In this document: positions 1 through 13,187 of the stretch, in pieces
Layout: each line of letters begins with the position of its first letter
How positions within the stretch are numbered: position 1 is the stretch's first letter
NCBI GenBank assembly: GCA_024626585.2
Contig: JANKJI020000004.1
Coordinates: 97,990,748 to 98,012,123, forward strand
DNA: 21,376 nucleotides
Source of the DNA: Ginkgo biloba
Lineage: Eukaryota; Plantae; Ginkgophyta
Direction: 5' to 3'
Made by a program: the position numbers and the translations under genes
The notes under the pieces: model-generated
Seen by the model: the letters and a program-made list of their open reading frames with translations, nothing else
Told to the model about the DNA's origin: nothing
Database searches by the model: none

Positions 1-105
1 ATTATAGAGAGATGGTTTGAAGAAAAAATGAGTAGCATTTATGTCCAATAATGGTGTCCTTTATCCCCTACACTATTTGGCTTATATCTTGATAAAAATG
101 AACAT
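1..105 (+). mobile_element. Degenerate non-LTR retrotransposon (LINE) reverse-transcriptase fragment
   Basis: 43-102 translates VQ*WCPLSPTLFGLYLDKNE, matching the LINE RT motif GV(K/R)QGCPLSPxLF with an in-frame stop at a conserved position. Confidence 0.65.
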
Positions 106-779
106 TATTATTAGTGAGGTGTTAATTTATCGAATTCTTACAATATGAATATCTAGTATAATAACAATGTTGCATACATACGTGGTTTCTTCAAAGATTA
201 GATTAGTTGATTCATATGGTAGAAGAAGTTTGAATGTATAAATATCTTTAGATAGACTACTTATCGAATCCTAACTAATAAATTTGTATGGAGAGAAGAA
301 TGAGTGGAGGGTGGAAATATTTCTTTGAAATAAATCAAAAAATACAAAATTTTGGCTATAATGAAAGAAAAATGTCTGGTGCAACATCCTAGCGATCCTA
401 ATTATCTCCTATGACTATTAAGAGTGGGAAGGTAGTATTTTACTTAAGATGTAGAAGGAATTAGAACAAATCTAAAAATAATTTATCTTAATTATAAAAA
501 ATATAAAGATCATAATTTTATACCACATCTACCTCTTCAAAGCTAGTGTAATCGTTGTAGAATCTAAAGAACTAATGAGATGCTTTATATATACGACAAG
601 GAAAAGGAAAATTAATAATGATAGAATTCTAGATTTCACATATATATAGGTAGTGAGATTTACCATAGAAAAAAATGAGGGTGAATTAAGGGCAATGCAN
701 NNNNNNNNNNNNNNNNNNNNNNNNNNNNNNNNNNNNNNNTGAAATTAAGAAAGTACATTGATAATAAGGTATTGAGAAA

Positions 780-1260
780 AATACTGGATTCCAATATCTT
801 TGTTCACCAAAATATTAATTATATAAAGTACTAAGTTGGAAAAATAAATAAAATGTTTTCATGATTAGAACGAACGTTGATGACATGCTAAGTGAAAATA
901 GGGTATGGAAAACCCACCAATTCCATAAAACAAAGCCACATACTAATCATGTAGTACATATAAAGTAGAATATGAACAACACACCCTTTTAGAGTACCTA
1001 GATATCCTAAATATCTTAAATAAATTTTGAGACATTGAAACCAAAAAAAATAACATACTAATCTTACTAAATACTAGAAACATTAGTATATTAGAAAGNN
1101 NNNNNNNNNNNNNNNNNNNNNNNNNNNNNNNNNNNNNNNNNNNNNNNNNNNNNNNNNNNNNNNNNNNNNNNNNNNNNNNNNNNNNNNNNNNNNNNNNNTG
1201 AAATAATTCCTTATGCAAGTATCAAGATATCATAGTCATCACTCCCTTTGATGTATTGAC
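780..1260 (-). mobile_element. Possible highly decayed Ty1/copia RT-RNaseH relic
   Basis: Short minus-strand peptides occur in copia order: QYIKGSDDYDIL (~1225-1258, cf. RYxKGTxDYGIxY), KRVCCSYST (~965-990, cf. KKQxxVALST) and NPVF (~790, cf. NPVFH). The matches are weak and interrupted by a gap. Confidence 0.25.
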
Positions 1261-3124
1261 CGGTTAATAAAAATCAAATGGTTAATCCTCAAGCATTAAG
1301 TAATAAATCATAAATGTTTATATGTTATTTTCCATATTTAGAGTGAACTATATTAAAAGCATAACTATTATCTTCTTCATAGACTAGTATCCTTTGATTA
1401 TGAATCATAATGTGAGGATTGAATGCATTAATATAGGTGATAAGATCTTGATCATGCAAGGTATATATAAAGCAAATATAATTACTTCCTTGAAAAATAA
1501 GGTAATCTCTTAGCATGAGAAATGGAATTCTTCTTTGTTGATTTCTAGAGTGTTGGCATTATAAAGATATAGACAAAGATTTAGCAGATTTTCAAGAGGT
1601 ACATACTTAGTAGTTCTTAGTTTTTGTTTTGATTTTTTGCTTCATATGCAGACCATTTGTTTTCTCTACTTTAATCTCAATTATCATGGTTAGTGAACTT
1701 TGCATATCCTCTTCTAGTTTTACCTTCTAAAGTGAACAATGTTTATCATGTCTCTAATTGTAAGATATGTTATTGATTATTGCATTATCACCTTAGTTTT
1801 ATTCTATTATATTAATCAAGGTATTCAAGTGACTATCATTCATAACCTCTTTTTTTTCCTAATGCTCTTACACACCCGTATCATGGTGTTCCTTATTTAT
1901 GCTATCAATTACTTATTTTTAAACTTCACACTTATCATATTCAACAATATATCTTTTAGCATGGTCTTCTTATTAGTTGACACTAATTACTTTATTTTTC
2001 TCATGATTCGTTTTCTTATTTATGTCAATGCATTCCTTAACTATGATATTATTTACCTTTCACACTACTTCATACTTATCATCTTTAATGATATATTTTT
2101 CTTGATGGTTTAGTTAACTATTATTTTGCATTATGATAATAGTCAATCAAAAACTTATTTAGAGTTTCAATTACATAGATTAATTCATGATCTATGAATA
2201 TAAAACATATTTCATAATAAACTAATCAATCACATATAATTAATAAATAACATGTTACAAGCTATCATGATTGAAAATTTCTTTCANNNNNNNNNNNNNN
2301 NNNNTTTCATTACTTTCAATCAACTATTGGTAATGAGACCACATAAATCAAGATCATGTATAACAACCTATTTTAATTAAAAAAATCATCAATTATTTTG
2401 ATATAATCCATGGTGAATATATAAAATTCTTTTGTTTATATAGGAAAAACTTCCCCTTATTGCAGGGGGATAACCTCTTTCTTGATCTTTGTCTGTAGTG
2501 GATGACTTAGAATCTTAATTAATGATGTATTTATCTTTTNNNNNNNNNNNNNNNNNNNNNNNNNNNNNNNNNNNNNNNNNNNNNNNNNNNNNNNNNNNNN
2601 NNNNNNNNNNNNNNNNNNNNNNNNNNNNNNNNNNNNNNNTTCCAATGTGAATGTGTCCTTCAAAATTTATTTATTCATAAAAATAATCCAATCGTTTATG
2701 GTAATCATTTCAAAATTCTTGTTTTTGCTCATAGGCCTTAGCATCGTACTTGAATAAGGGTATGCCTTTAACTACTTTATAATCCTTTATTATATTTATG
2801 CATATTATATTTTCATTATCATCCATTTATATTGTCCAGGTATTATTCCTTTCTCTAGGATTCCAATAATGTTGACTATTCAATATATTCACCATTAAAC
2901 AATATATATTTATGCCTTTATGCTTTTTATGTCTTGAATTCACTCTTATGATAAACAACCTTACACATATTATTTTAATTTATACTATAATATTCTTTTG
3001 AAATTGGAATATTTTAATTTTAACTATATATTTAAAAATTTATGAAAAGAATAATTAATTTTTATAACATTTGGACCACATTGTTACTGCAAACATGTTG
3101 CTTACTTCTATCACAATTAAGCCT

Positions 3125-4973
3125 ATTATCTTCTCCCTTCTACTTCCTTCATGTGTTCTATTGTGCGCCCAAATCTCTTGCTCAACATTCTAGTTGGTGG
3201 ATTCATTAATTTCATCCAACCATCCTCCTACTTATTTCTCCTGTCCTTGTGTTTGAACTCACTAAACTCCTTTTTCCACTTATCCTCGATGGATCTCCTC
3301 TATCTCTATTTTTCTTCCTCTCATGTATGCTCAAAATCCTTAGCGCCAAAGTCTCCCACTCTTGGATTTGGTTGGTGAGATCCTTTACTACTCCCTATTA
3401 ATTTCCTTATGGTCTAATATGGTCCTCCATCTTCCTCATAGATCCTTCTAGAGATACACATTTAAGTCTCCTTCTTAAATGTGGTATGGTAAGGACATGG
3501 ATCCCTCTCCTTAGAATTACACGTAGGCTCCATCACTTAGATCCGCATCAATATTATTTAATTACTCACACCTTGGTTTTGATAGCACATGTATCAACTC
3601 TATTGGCTCTTTAGGGATCTTCTCTCTTGCTCGAACTTCACCTTTGTCACCTTTGGGCATGAAATACCCAAATTCTAAACTATGTCTAATCCTCCAACCT
3701 AAGTCTTTAGACATGGGACTTCCTTCCATCATAACTACTTGCATATTTAGGTCTACGGGCACTCAAACCTTGCAACCTGCATCATACTCTAATGCCTCAA
3801 ACTCCTAAACACCTGAAAGCCCAAAATATATCTTCTTTTGTCAACACTTAGATGCGAGGCCTCTATCAACCACTCTTTATTTGTTGGCATAGGTCTACTC
3901 CCTCTCTTCAAGACTTTAGATGTGTAGCCTAACCACTAACTACTCTCGATCCTCTAAGAATTGATAAAATGTCTCCAATCTCTCTCACATGGCTATCATA
4001 GCTGATTGTGATAAGATTGGGGATGCCCTTACATCATCCTCCCATTCTTATAAAATTGTGTATGTGCTCTTGTTCATGCTTTTCTTCAACTCCTATCACA
4101 TCTATTCATCCAACTCCTTCAATCCTCCTACCATGCTTTATACACTGCTCTTCAATGGATATATTTTTCTACTTCTCCTAATGCCTACAACTTCTCTAAT
4201 CTTTTTCTTGTTCCATTTTTAGTTTATGTTCTTCATCTTCTAGAACCTATTCCAATTGCTCTATTAGCATCTTTATCTTAATATCTCCACTCCCATCTGT
4301 AAGTACTTGTAATAATTGCATCTCTATATCCTTCGATTGATGAAGGTTGTATGCATGATGACTCTCCACCCATTCATTCACTCCATCCATATGCTCATCC
4401 ACCTCATCTGTATGTTTTTCTTTTAGCACAACCACCTCATATTTATTCTCCATAAGTAATTCCATGTCCAATACCTCCTTCTCATGAGCTATGATTAAGT
4501 GATCACCACCACCTATAAAACTATCAAATGGGCAAAAGTCCTTATCAACTTTTGCCTACTCCCTTTGATCATTTTCTTAGCCTTCCATGGTTTATTCGCT
4601 TACCTACCTTGGTATGTTAGTTGAACTCTCCATAGGTTATTTGCTCAACTCCTTTGTGTTGTATGTCCAACCTTCTTGGTCGTTCATCACCCATTCCTTG
4701 GGTTTTTTTCTAACCTCACTTAGTTCGTTCATCCAACTTCTTGTGGACCATTCATTGATCTCCTTCTCAACTTCCTCATTTTTCTACAATCTATGCTCCC
4801 TAAGATCTCCATTGGCATAGTCGCATCCATCACCATCATTGGATCATGTTAAGGGAAAAGACCCATAAAATCCGAACTCATAGTAAGGTGACATATGTTG
4901 CGCTTCTCGCCTCTCTCAAGGATCCCCACGGGAAAATCATGAGCATACCAAAGCACTCCATGATCATGACAAA
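3125..4973 (-). repeat. Degenerate coding-like interspersed repeat, copy A (probably TE internal region)
   Basis: 3125-4033 is colinear with 5473-6364. The + strand is strongly pyrimidine-rich and the - strand reads as stop-ridden E/K/R-rich peptide. No domain recognised. Confidence 0.7.
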
Positions 4974-5073
4974 NNNNNNNNNNNNNNNNNNNNNNNNNNN
5001 NNNNNNNNNNNNNNNNNNNNNNNNNNNNNNNNNNNNNNNNNNNNNNNNNNNNNNNNNNNNNNNNNNNNNNNNN

Positions 5074-6364
5074 CTCCCATCACTCTTTTTTTCAAGCTCT
5101 CTCTCAACTTCCTTGTATCTATTTTAATCCTTGTCTTCTTCTTCCTTTGTGTTATCTCACAGTTGGCGATTTGCATTATACTCCTTCATCCTCTACTTTT
5201 CTCTAGAATTTCCTCACGTTCAATGATTTGCTCCTCTTCTATTACTTTCACTTAGGTTGCCTCACATTCGATAATCTACTTATTGTCCTCCTTTGGCTCA
5301 TCTATATCAATTCTTCTCCTCCTATATGACCCTCTATGTCTCTCCTCAATACTCCTCTTTTTTTCTCTCACTAGCTCACTCTATTGACTTCTACCCACTT
5401 CACTATGTTGCATCATAATAGGTGATCTACACTTAGGATCCCAACTCCCTTCACATTCAACATTGTTTTCCTTTTATATTCTCCCTTATGCTTGCTTCAT
5501 GTGCTCCATTGCACGTCCAAATATCCTATTCAATGTTCTAGTTAGTGGATCCATTAATCTCATCCAACCATCCTCTTGCTTGTTTCTCTTAGCCCTGTGT
5601 TTGAATGCACTATACTCATTCTTCCACTTGTCCTTGGTGGCTCTCCTTTATCTCTATTTTTCTTCATCTTATGTGCATTTAAAATCCTTAGTGCCAAAGT
5701 ATCCCACTCCTAGCTCTTATTGGTGAGCTCCTTTAATTCTCTCCATTAATTTCCTTATGGTCCTCCATCTTCCTCTTAGATCCTTCTAGAGATATGCATT
5801 TAAGTTTGCTTCTTAAATGTGGTATGGCGAGGATATGAATCCCTCTCTTTAGCATTACATATAGGCTCCATCACTTAGGTCCACATAAAGAGCATTTAAC
5901 TACTTGCACCTTGGTTTTGACATCACACGTGTCAGCTCTATTGGTTCTTTGCAGATCTTCTCTCCTACTTAGACTTCACCTTAATTACCTTTGGGGTTGA
6001 AATACCTGAACTCAAAACTATGTCTAAGCCTCCAACNNNNNNNNNNNNNNNNNNNNNNNNNNNNNNNNNNNNNNNNNNNNNNNNNNNNNNNNNNNNNNNN
6101 NNNNNNNNNNNNNCCACACTCCAATGTCTCGAACTCCCAAACAATCAAAAGCACAAAATGTCTCTTCTTTTGATAAGGCTTAGATGTAGGGCCTCCATGA
6201 AACACTCTTCATTCTTTAGCTTAGGTCTTCTCCCTCTCTTTAAGACTTTATACATGCGGCGTAACCATCATCTACTCCCGATCCTTTGAGACTTGACAAA
6301 ATGTATCCAAGCTCTCTCTTATGACTATCATAACTGATTGTGATAAAATTGGCTATGATCTTAT
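5074..6364 (-). repeat. Degenerate coding-like interspersed repeat, copy B
   Basis: Direct-orientation homolog of copy A. ORFs MCSIVRPNLLLNILVGG.. and MCSIARPNILFNVLVSG.. align. Shared strings include CTTCTTAAATGTGGTATGG, TAGGCTCCATCACTTAG, CACCTTGGTTTTGA and CTGATTGTGATAA. Confidence 0.75.
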
Positions 6365-9300
6365 ATTAGTTAGAGAGTGGGATTAGTTGGAGATAAAGAC
6401 ATAAATGGGTAAAATGTAAAGAACATAGAAGGAAAGAGATAAGGGATTTATTTGTTTATGCATGCTATTTATTTTAGATTGTACGACTAAGGTTGAACTA
6501 CTCTAGTACCACTTAGAGCATTCTTGGTAGGGTGGCTCTCAATAATGAGAGTTGAATGCTAAATATAAATTGGTAAAACCAAATATATTGAATTAATGAG
6601 TTAAAAATATATGATGATGATATATATTATGAGTTTATGAGTTTATGAGTTATAAAGGTAACATAGGGTTAACATGATTAGGTNNNNNNNNNNNNNNNNN
6701 NNNNNNNNNNNNNNNNNNNNNNNNNNNNNNNNNNNNNNNNNNNNNNNNNNNNNNNNNNNNNNNNNNNNNNNNNNNNNNNNNNNNNNNNNNNNNNNNNNNN
6801 NNNNNNNNNNNNNNNAACCATTTAGAAACAAAAATTAAAATACAGATGCTGATAAATCATTTAATTCCTACAACCATACAAATTTGTCAAGGCGCTAAAT
6901 ACACCAACTTGATAAATAATCTAATGGATGTGTTAAGAACTGGCATCTCATTTGAGAAATGGACTACATGGGGCCTTTTTGGCCTTATGAATTATCAAAT
7001 ATGTTGTTGTTTTTAAGATATTAAATTATATCCCAACATGATAAGATTTTTACTTATTTGCTCTATTTATGGATGATTAAGAGGATTTGATTTGCTCTCC
7101 TTATACTTTGCCTTCAATAAATTCTCAAACATGTCCTTTGTAACTAAAGAGGAATAATTTCAAACAAATTCTCACTTAGTATAATAATGAAGTACTCTTA
7201 TTTTTAAATAAAGCATAATAGAGCTAGCATAGATATATAAGCATTTATAAGTACATATAAGAAAATGATAGTTTATGTTTTCTTTTCTTTTATATTCAAT
7301 TTTAAAATGTTAAAGTACTCCATTGTTACCTAATCTAGTTTGGCTTCAGATGGATTTTGTAAGAAAAATTCTTTTGGCATATATTAATTGTCCCATTTTA
7401 TAAAAATACTTCTTACAAGTTTGTCTCTAATGTTGAACATTATGAAAATTGATGTGGTATTTTTATTTTATGTTGTTATTTTTCACTTTGAACTATGACA
7501 CTTATATACCACATAATACTTATTTTCTTTTGTATCTTAGATCCTTATTTTGTTGCTACAATAACACATAGACTTCACATATTAATGGTTTTCAATTTTC
7601 TTGTTTGTCCTTTACATAAAGGAATGGTCATTACTTATATATGATTAAATAAAATAATAGTGGTTATAAACTTATTAAATTTCATTACTTCGTAAACAAT
7701 AAGTTATGACCTGTTAATAATGCTAAACTTTATCTTTTGTCTATTAGCTATCCTAATTAGAAAGTTTGATTTGATTTATTGATTGGCTTTTCCTACTTTT
7801 AGGAAACTATACAAGAGGCTTAATAATGTAAAATTTAAANNNNNNNNNNNNNNNNNNNNNNNNNNNNNNNNNNNNNNNNNNNNNNNNNNNNNNNNNNNNN
7901 NNNNNNNNNNNNNNNNNNNNNNNNNNNNNNNNNNNNNNNNNNNNNNNNNNNNNNNNNNNNNNNNNNNNNNNNNNNNNNNNNNNNNNNNNNNNNNNNNNNN
8001 NNNNNNNNNNNNNNNNNNNNNNNNNNNNNNNNNNNNNNNNNNNNNNNNNNNNNNNNNNNNNNNNNNNNNNNNNNNNNNNNNNNNNNNNNNNNNNNNNNNN
8101 NNNNNNNNNNNNNNNNNNNNNNNNNNNNNNNNNNNNNNNNNNNNNNNNNNNNNNNNNNNNNNNNNNNNNNNNNNNNNNNNNNNNNNNNNNNNNNNNNNNN
8201 NNNNNNNNNNNNNNNNNNNNNNNNNNNNNNNNNNNNNNNNNNNNNNNNNNNNNNNNNNNNNNNNNNNNNNNNNNNNNNNNNNNNNNNNNNNNNNNNNNNN
8301 NNNNNNNNNNNNNNNNNNNNNNNNNNNNNNNNNNNNNNNNNNNNNNNNNNNNNNNNNNNNNNNNNNNNNNNNNNNNNNNNNNNNNNNNNNNNNNNNNNNN
8401 NNNNNNNNNNNNNNNNNNNNNNNNNNNNNNNNNNNNNNNNNNNNNNNNNNNNNNNNNNNNNNNNNNNNNNNNNNNNNNNNNNNNNNNNNNNNNNNNNNNN
8501 NNNNNNNNNNNNNNNNNNNNNNNNNNNNNNNNNNNNNNNNNNNNNNNNNNNNNNNNNNNNNNNNNNNNNNNNNNNNNNNNNNNNNNNNNNNNNNNNNNNN
8601 NNNNNNNNNNNNNNNNNNNNNNNNNNNNNNNNNNNNNNNNNNNNNNNNNNNNNNNNNNNNNNNNNNNNNNNNNNNNNNNNNNNNNNNNNNNNNNNNNNNN
8701 NNNNNNNNNNNNNNNNNNNNNNNNNNNNNNNNNNNNNNNNNNNNNNNNNNNNNNNNNNNNNNNNNNNNNNNNNNNNNNNNNNNNNNNNNNNNNNNNNNNN
8801 NNNNNNNATGGGATTAAAGCTAAAAAAAATTATGAAGAGCAAAGAGGCATGTGATCTTCCTTTATGCTTTCAAATCCTTTATAATGACCACGTACTTATC
8901 TTCATAACAAAAAATGACTTCTATGATTATTCCATCTTCACATTCCCTATGGTTTGAACCAAATTAGGGTCTCCACATTCCCTCTGACTTGAACGAATTT
9001 AATTGTGCTTGCCAAGCAATTTGTCCTATGGTGTTAAGACTAGTTGTGTTATGTTGAAAAGTGATATGACTCAATAATAATCAAACTAACCACCATTGAC
9101 TAATTGAACTAAGCCCAATCAATAATAACACTAATATTAAGTGGTATATATGAAGAATGACAATTTTTGCATGTCCCCTTTAAGGTTGTATACAAGAGAA
9201 ATTTAGTTGGCTAGTTAGGTATACGATAATCATGGTTTATGGTGGTATTCATGTAATGAACAAAGGTGAGGCCATGTGTACATATGATATAAAATGCACT

Positions 9301-10591
9301 AATGAGAGCGAATTTTAAATCTCTTACTTTGACTACAACTAAAACTCAAAAAGTAAAAGGCCAATTATTGTTCTTCTATGGAAGAATCTTTCTCATATTA
9401 CAAAATATTATGTTGCCATTTGCTTATAATTGGCTTCTATCTCATCCCGCCAATTCAAGAACCAAACTTCACACCTTGGCTCTAAAAAAGTTCCATGGAA
9501 AAGATACCTACTAATACAACATTGAATGACTCAAATCCTATTTGGCCTTTGATGCTAACAATACTTATTAACAAAAAAAGATATTAAGTTTTGAAATGTT
9601 TCATTACCTTATAAACAAACCAACAAAACTTATACTCCAAGTAAAAAATTTCTAGCCCTCAACCTACTTTGATAATTTAAAAAAGTTATAGGAAATAAAC
9701 AAATAATTTTACAATTGAGCCTCAAATGAGTAAAATTAATACGCAAGGTTGTCCTGATACACACCTTGGTCAATTTACCACACGTTTCATTTTAAGGGTT
9801 TGCCTTGAATATAACTAGTTGTTATCAAGATGTTAAAGAATGCTCCCCTTCATATAGTAACACGAGAGACTAACTTTTTATAAAATTAATATTTTTCAAA
9901 GACCATACCTTCTTTTGAATTATTTAGATTTCTTATTAGCGTTTATAAACAAATAAAATATTTGGTGCACTTGTTTGACAAGTGAANNNNNNNNNNNNNN
10001 NNNNNNNNNNNNNNNNNNNNNNNNNNNNNNNNNNNNNNNNNNNNNNNNNNNNNNNNNNNNNNNNNNNNNNNNNNNNNNNNNNNNNNNNNNNNNNNNNNNN
10101 NNNNNNNNNNNNNNNNNNNNNNNNNNNNNNNNNNNNNNNNNNNNNNNNNNNNNNNNNNNNNNNNNNNNNNNNNNNNNNNNNNNNNNNNNNNNNNNNNNNN
10201 NNNNNNNNNNNNNNNNNNNNNNNNNNNNNNNNNNNNNNNNNNNNNNNNNNNNNNNNNNNNNNNNNNNNNNNNNNNNNNNNNNNNNNNNNNNNNNNNNNNN
10301 NNNNNNNNNNNNNNNNNNNNNNNNNNNNNNNNNNNNNNNNNNNNNNNNNNNNNNNNNNNNNNNNNNNNNNNNNNNNNNNNNNNNNNNNNNNNNNNNNNNN
10401 NNNNNNNNNNNNNNNNNNNNNNNNNNNNNNNNNNNNNNNNNNNNNNNNNNNNNNNNNNNNNNNNNNNNNNNNNNNNNNNNNNNNNNNNNNNNNNNNNNNN
10501 NNNNNNNNNNNNNNNNNNNNNNNNNNNNNNNNNNNNNNNNNNNNNNNNNNNNNNNNNNNNNNNNNNNNNNNNNNNNNNNNNNNNNNNNNNN

Positions 10592-10644
<53 letters not shown>
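10592..10644. repeat. (TC)n microsatellite abutting an assembly gap
   Basis: Perfect TC dinucleotide run seen directly. Confidence 0.97.
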
Positions 10645-10648
<4 letters not shown>

Positions 10649-10740
10649 ATACATAGAAGGTAACCTAAGAGTAAAGTCACCTCGGCATTGAATTTGGTAC
10701 CTATGTAGGGGTAGTTAACATAGACATTAGGTCCTTTCAT

Positions 10741-10806
10741 ATGTACATATACATACCCACACGTACACACGCACACACCTACACCTATATCCATAAATAC
10801 CTACAT
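10741..10806. repeat. Degenerate (CA/TA)n low-complexity tract
   Basis: atgtacatatacatacccacacgtacacacgcacacacctacacc... Confidence 0.55.
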
Positions 10807-11623
10807 GGATTTCCATTTGTAACTAGGCTTGACAAAGTCCATGAACCTAACCATTTAAGCTACTCCATTTTGTTCATGTACACAACTTTACACTTAAAGA
10901 CTACCAATGGAGGGAGAGAGACATGGAGGCTATGATTATATTTGGGTTCAAGTTACATATAAACAAAGCGATGCCTAGGGGAATACATATACACACAGTT
11001 TTCATTTCATGGCAAAAACATCAAACATCTTGCTAAAAATGTGTGTACAAGGTAAAAGCAGTTACTAAGGGCGTGCTATATTATACAATTTAGGGGTTGA
11101 TGGTCCCATGGAAATACGCAAAAAGCTAATGTCCTCTTTTAGTTATTTTCATAAGGGGACAATAGCTACAACTAATGAAACCCCAATGGATCTATATGAT
11201 GATGCATCCATCAAGGGGCGATACAAAGATGATCTTTCTTATGAATTTCCTACAATAATAGCCACCTTTTGACTGTGAATCCATCTGATCAACTCATTTA
11301 AGAGAAGTTTATACCGCCAATAACTAAACAACTCTCACAATTGCCCTAAAGCACTAACTCTTTTGGAGAATACAAAAGTTCCCCTCCATGGGACCTCTCT
11401 CCCTCTCAAATTTCCACTAGAAGAATTAATAATCCCTACTCACCTTGGGAGCTCAACTCACCCCTCACCCCTCACCCCCTTGTCCACTTTTTAACTAAAA
11501 ACAGTAAAGGAACCTGTTTACCGAGAAGACAGCCGAATATGCTCTGATTTGGTTGTCGACGGTCAAATTTTTAAGGTAAAAAAGACGATAAAATCGAAAG
11601 TAAAACAGCTCACTGATTAGGGT

Positions 11624-11640
11624 TATATAAATATATAAAA
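11624..11640 (+). promoter_or_regulatory. Tandem TATA boxes of the importin beta core promoter
   Basis: TATATAAA at 11624-11631 and 11632-11639, 40-50 nt upstream of 11672/3, where homology to the mRNA-derived copy begins. A telo-box-like TTAGGGTTA overlaps the 5' edge. Confidence 0.6.
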
Positions 11641-11671
11641 ATATTTTTAGAGATGATAGATAAGGTTATAG

Positions 11672-11813
11672 CGCACAGATCGAGCTTTAGAGTGTATCTC
11701 TTCTTTTGCGTCTGGTGCGAGGGTTTCAGAGCTCCGAGATCGGGAGCTTCAGCTGCTGTGGATTGCATCGGCCTTGCTCGATTTGTTCGTCTCTGGAATC
11801 GGTGTTCAAAGAG
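11672..11813 (+). other. KPNB1: Non-coding 5'UTR exon 1 of an importin beta-1 gene
   Basis: CpG-rich, ATG-free segment ending in a consensus donor GAG|GTAAGT (GT at 11814). A copy of exactly this segment is joined to the importin coding sequence at 13327/13328. Confidence 0.85.
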
Positions 11814-11995
11814 GTAAGTTTTAAGCTCTGTTTGCTTTAATGTGATGAGCTACATTGCAAAGTGCCCTGGATGTTGTTTATAAAAGATTTCTGATCTATG
11901 AGCTGGATTAGTGAACAAGACGATCGTGAAAGTTTGTTTGCATATTTTGGAATTCAAAAAGATTGTGGTCGAGCCCGTGTTTGAATCAGTAACTG

Positions 11996-12003
11996 TAGGG
12001 TTT
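11996..12003. promoter_or_regulatory. Telo-box (TAGGGTTT = AAACCCTA) in intron 1
   Basis: Exact match to the plant telo-box near the 5' end of a housekeeping gene. An 8-mer can occur by chance. Confidence 0.35.
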
Positions 12004-12606
12004 GAATCGAGAAAAGGACGATATTTCTCCTTATCGTTGAANNNNNNNNNNGGCATGGTAAGGGAGCATCATACGTATGTTGTGTAGGGCAGATTGTGGG
12101 GTGCAGTTTTAGATGGATTTTTTGGGTTTACGGTTGGGTTTGATTTGAAAAGGGAAAGTGGCCGATGATTTAGCTTAAAACTATGTTAAATCTTCTAAAT
12201 AGCGATGAATCTGAATGTTTGGAATGCGGCCGTAGCTTTTGTCTGTTATAGACATGCTTTCTGATGATTGTATTGGTTTCTGTGGTCATGAATATGCTTG
12301 ATTGTCCNNNNNNNNNNNNNNNNNNTTTAAATTTCGAATGGGGAAAATAGCTCAGGTTTGGAATCGAAAGGAGGAGCAAATGATCTGCTTTTCGGGTCTG
12401 TGTGAATTTGGATAGAATAGCGATAATTTAGCGTATTTAGCGTATTTGTTGCCAGGCTGTAGCTACTTAGTAGTGTTAACGTGTCCAAATGATATTGATC
12501 ACCCTTTTCCGCATTTCTAGTCAGTTTTCTTAGCATGAAATTAAGTTTCATTTAGCTATAGTGTGATCCCCATTTTATTGCCGGATTAATGTTTTCGAGA
12601 TGTATT

Positions 12607-12706
12607 NNNNNNNNNNNNNNNNNNNNNNNNNNNNNNNNNNNNNNNNNNNNNNNNNNNNNNNNNNNNNNNNNNNNNNNNNNNNNNNNNNNNNNNNNNNNNN
12701 NNNNNN
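12607..12706. other. Exactly 100-N (likely unsized) assembly gap between exon 1/intron 1 and the retrocopy block
   Basis: N count is 100, the same as gaps at 1099, 2540, 4974, 15963 and 20201. Confidence 0.9.
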
Positions 12707-13187
12707 GAATAGAATTAGATTGAGCATCAACGAGAATAGATTTTGGTTAATTATGGTAAAAAATCTTATAAATTTTGACTTTTTTGAATGATATTCATGG
12801 AGGGAACGTTCTCTTTTGTTATTATTTTTTTATAGCTATGATCCATTTGGAGACTTGGGCACTCATTAATTTTTTGAATATACCTACGAAGGAAGTTTTT
12901 CGGTGGGCAGAATCACAAGGTTTTTGAGTAGGTGTAGGCACTCTAATTTATATGGCTGTCATCATGGTGTACCTTGCTATTGAAGCATGTAACTTGATAG
13001 AAATATCGTGCATGATAACAATAATACTCGATGCATAGAAGTAATGAGATAATGGCACATAGGAAAAGTTGGAGATGCAAATGGAAGAAAATGGCATTCA
13101 AAACAAAAAGAATATTGAAGGAAGATAGAGAAACCCATGAATAAATGAGTAGGTCGCTTGATGGAAAAAGAATTCGAGTAAAAGAAT

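Noticed and set aside
1739-2113. 124-aa hydrophobic ORF resembling a membrane protein
   Set aside because: T-rich low-complexity sequence with loose internal repeats; the F/I/L/Y bias follows from composition and no motif is recognisable.
7783-10794. Long ORFs in the ORF track (224-344 aa), including ERERER/LSLSLS peptides
   Set aside because: They are translations of N gaps and the (TC)n microsatellite.
11456-11480. (CTCACCC)x3 as a promoter G-quadruplex
   Set aside because: Only three adjacent G-tracts on the minus strand, insufficient for a canonical G4.
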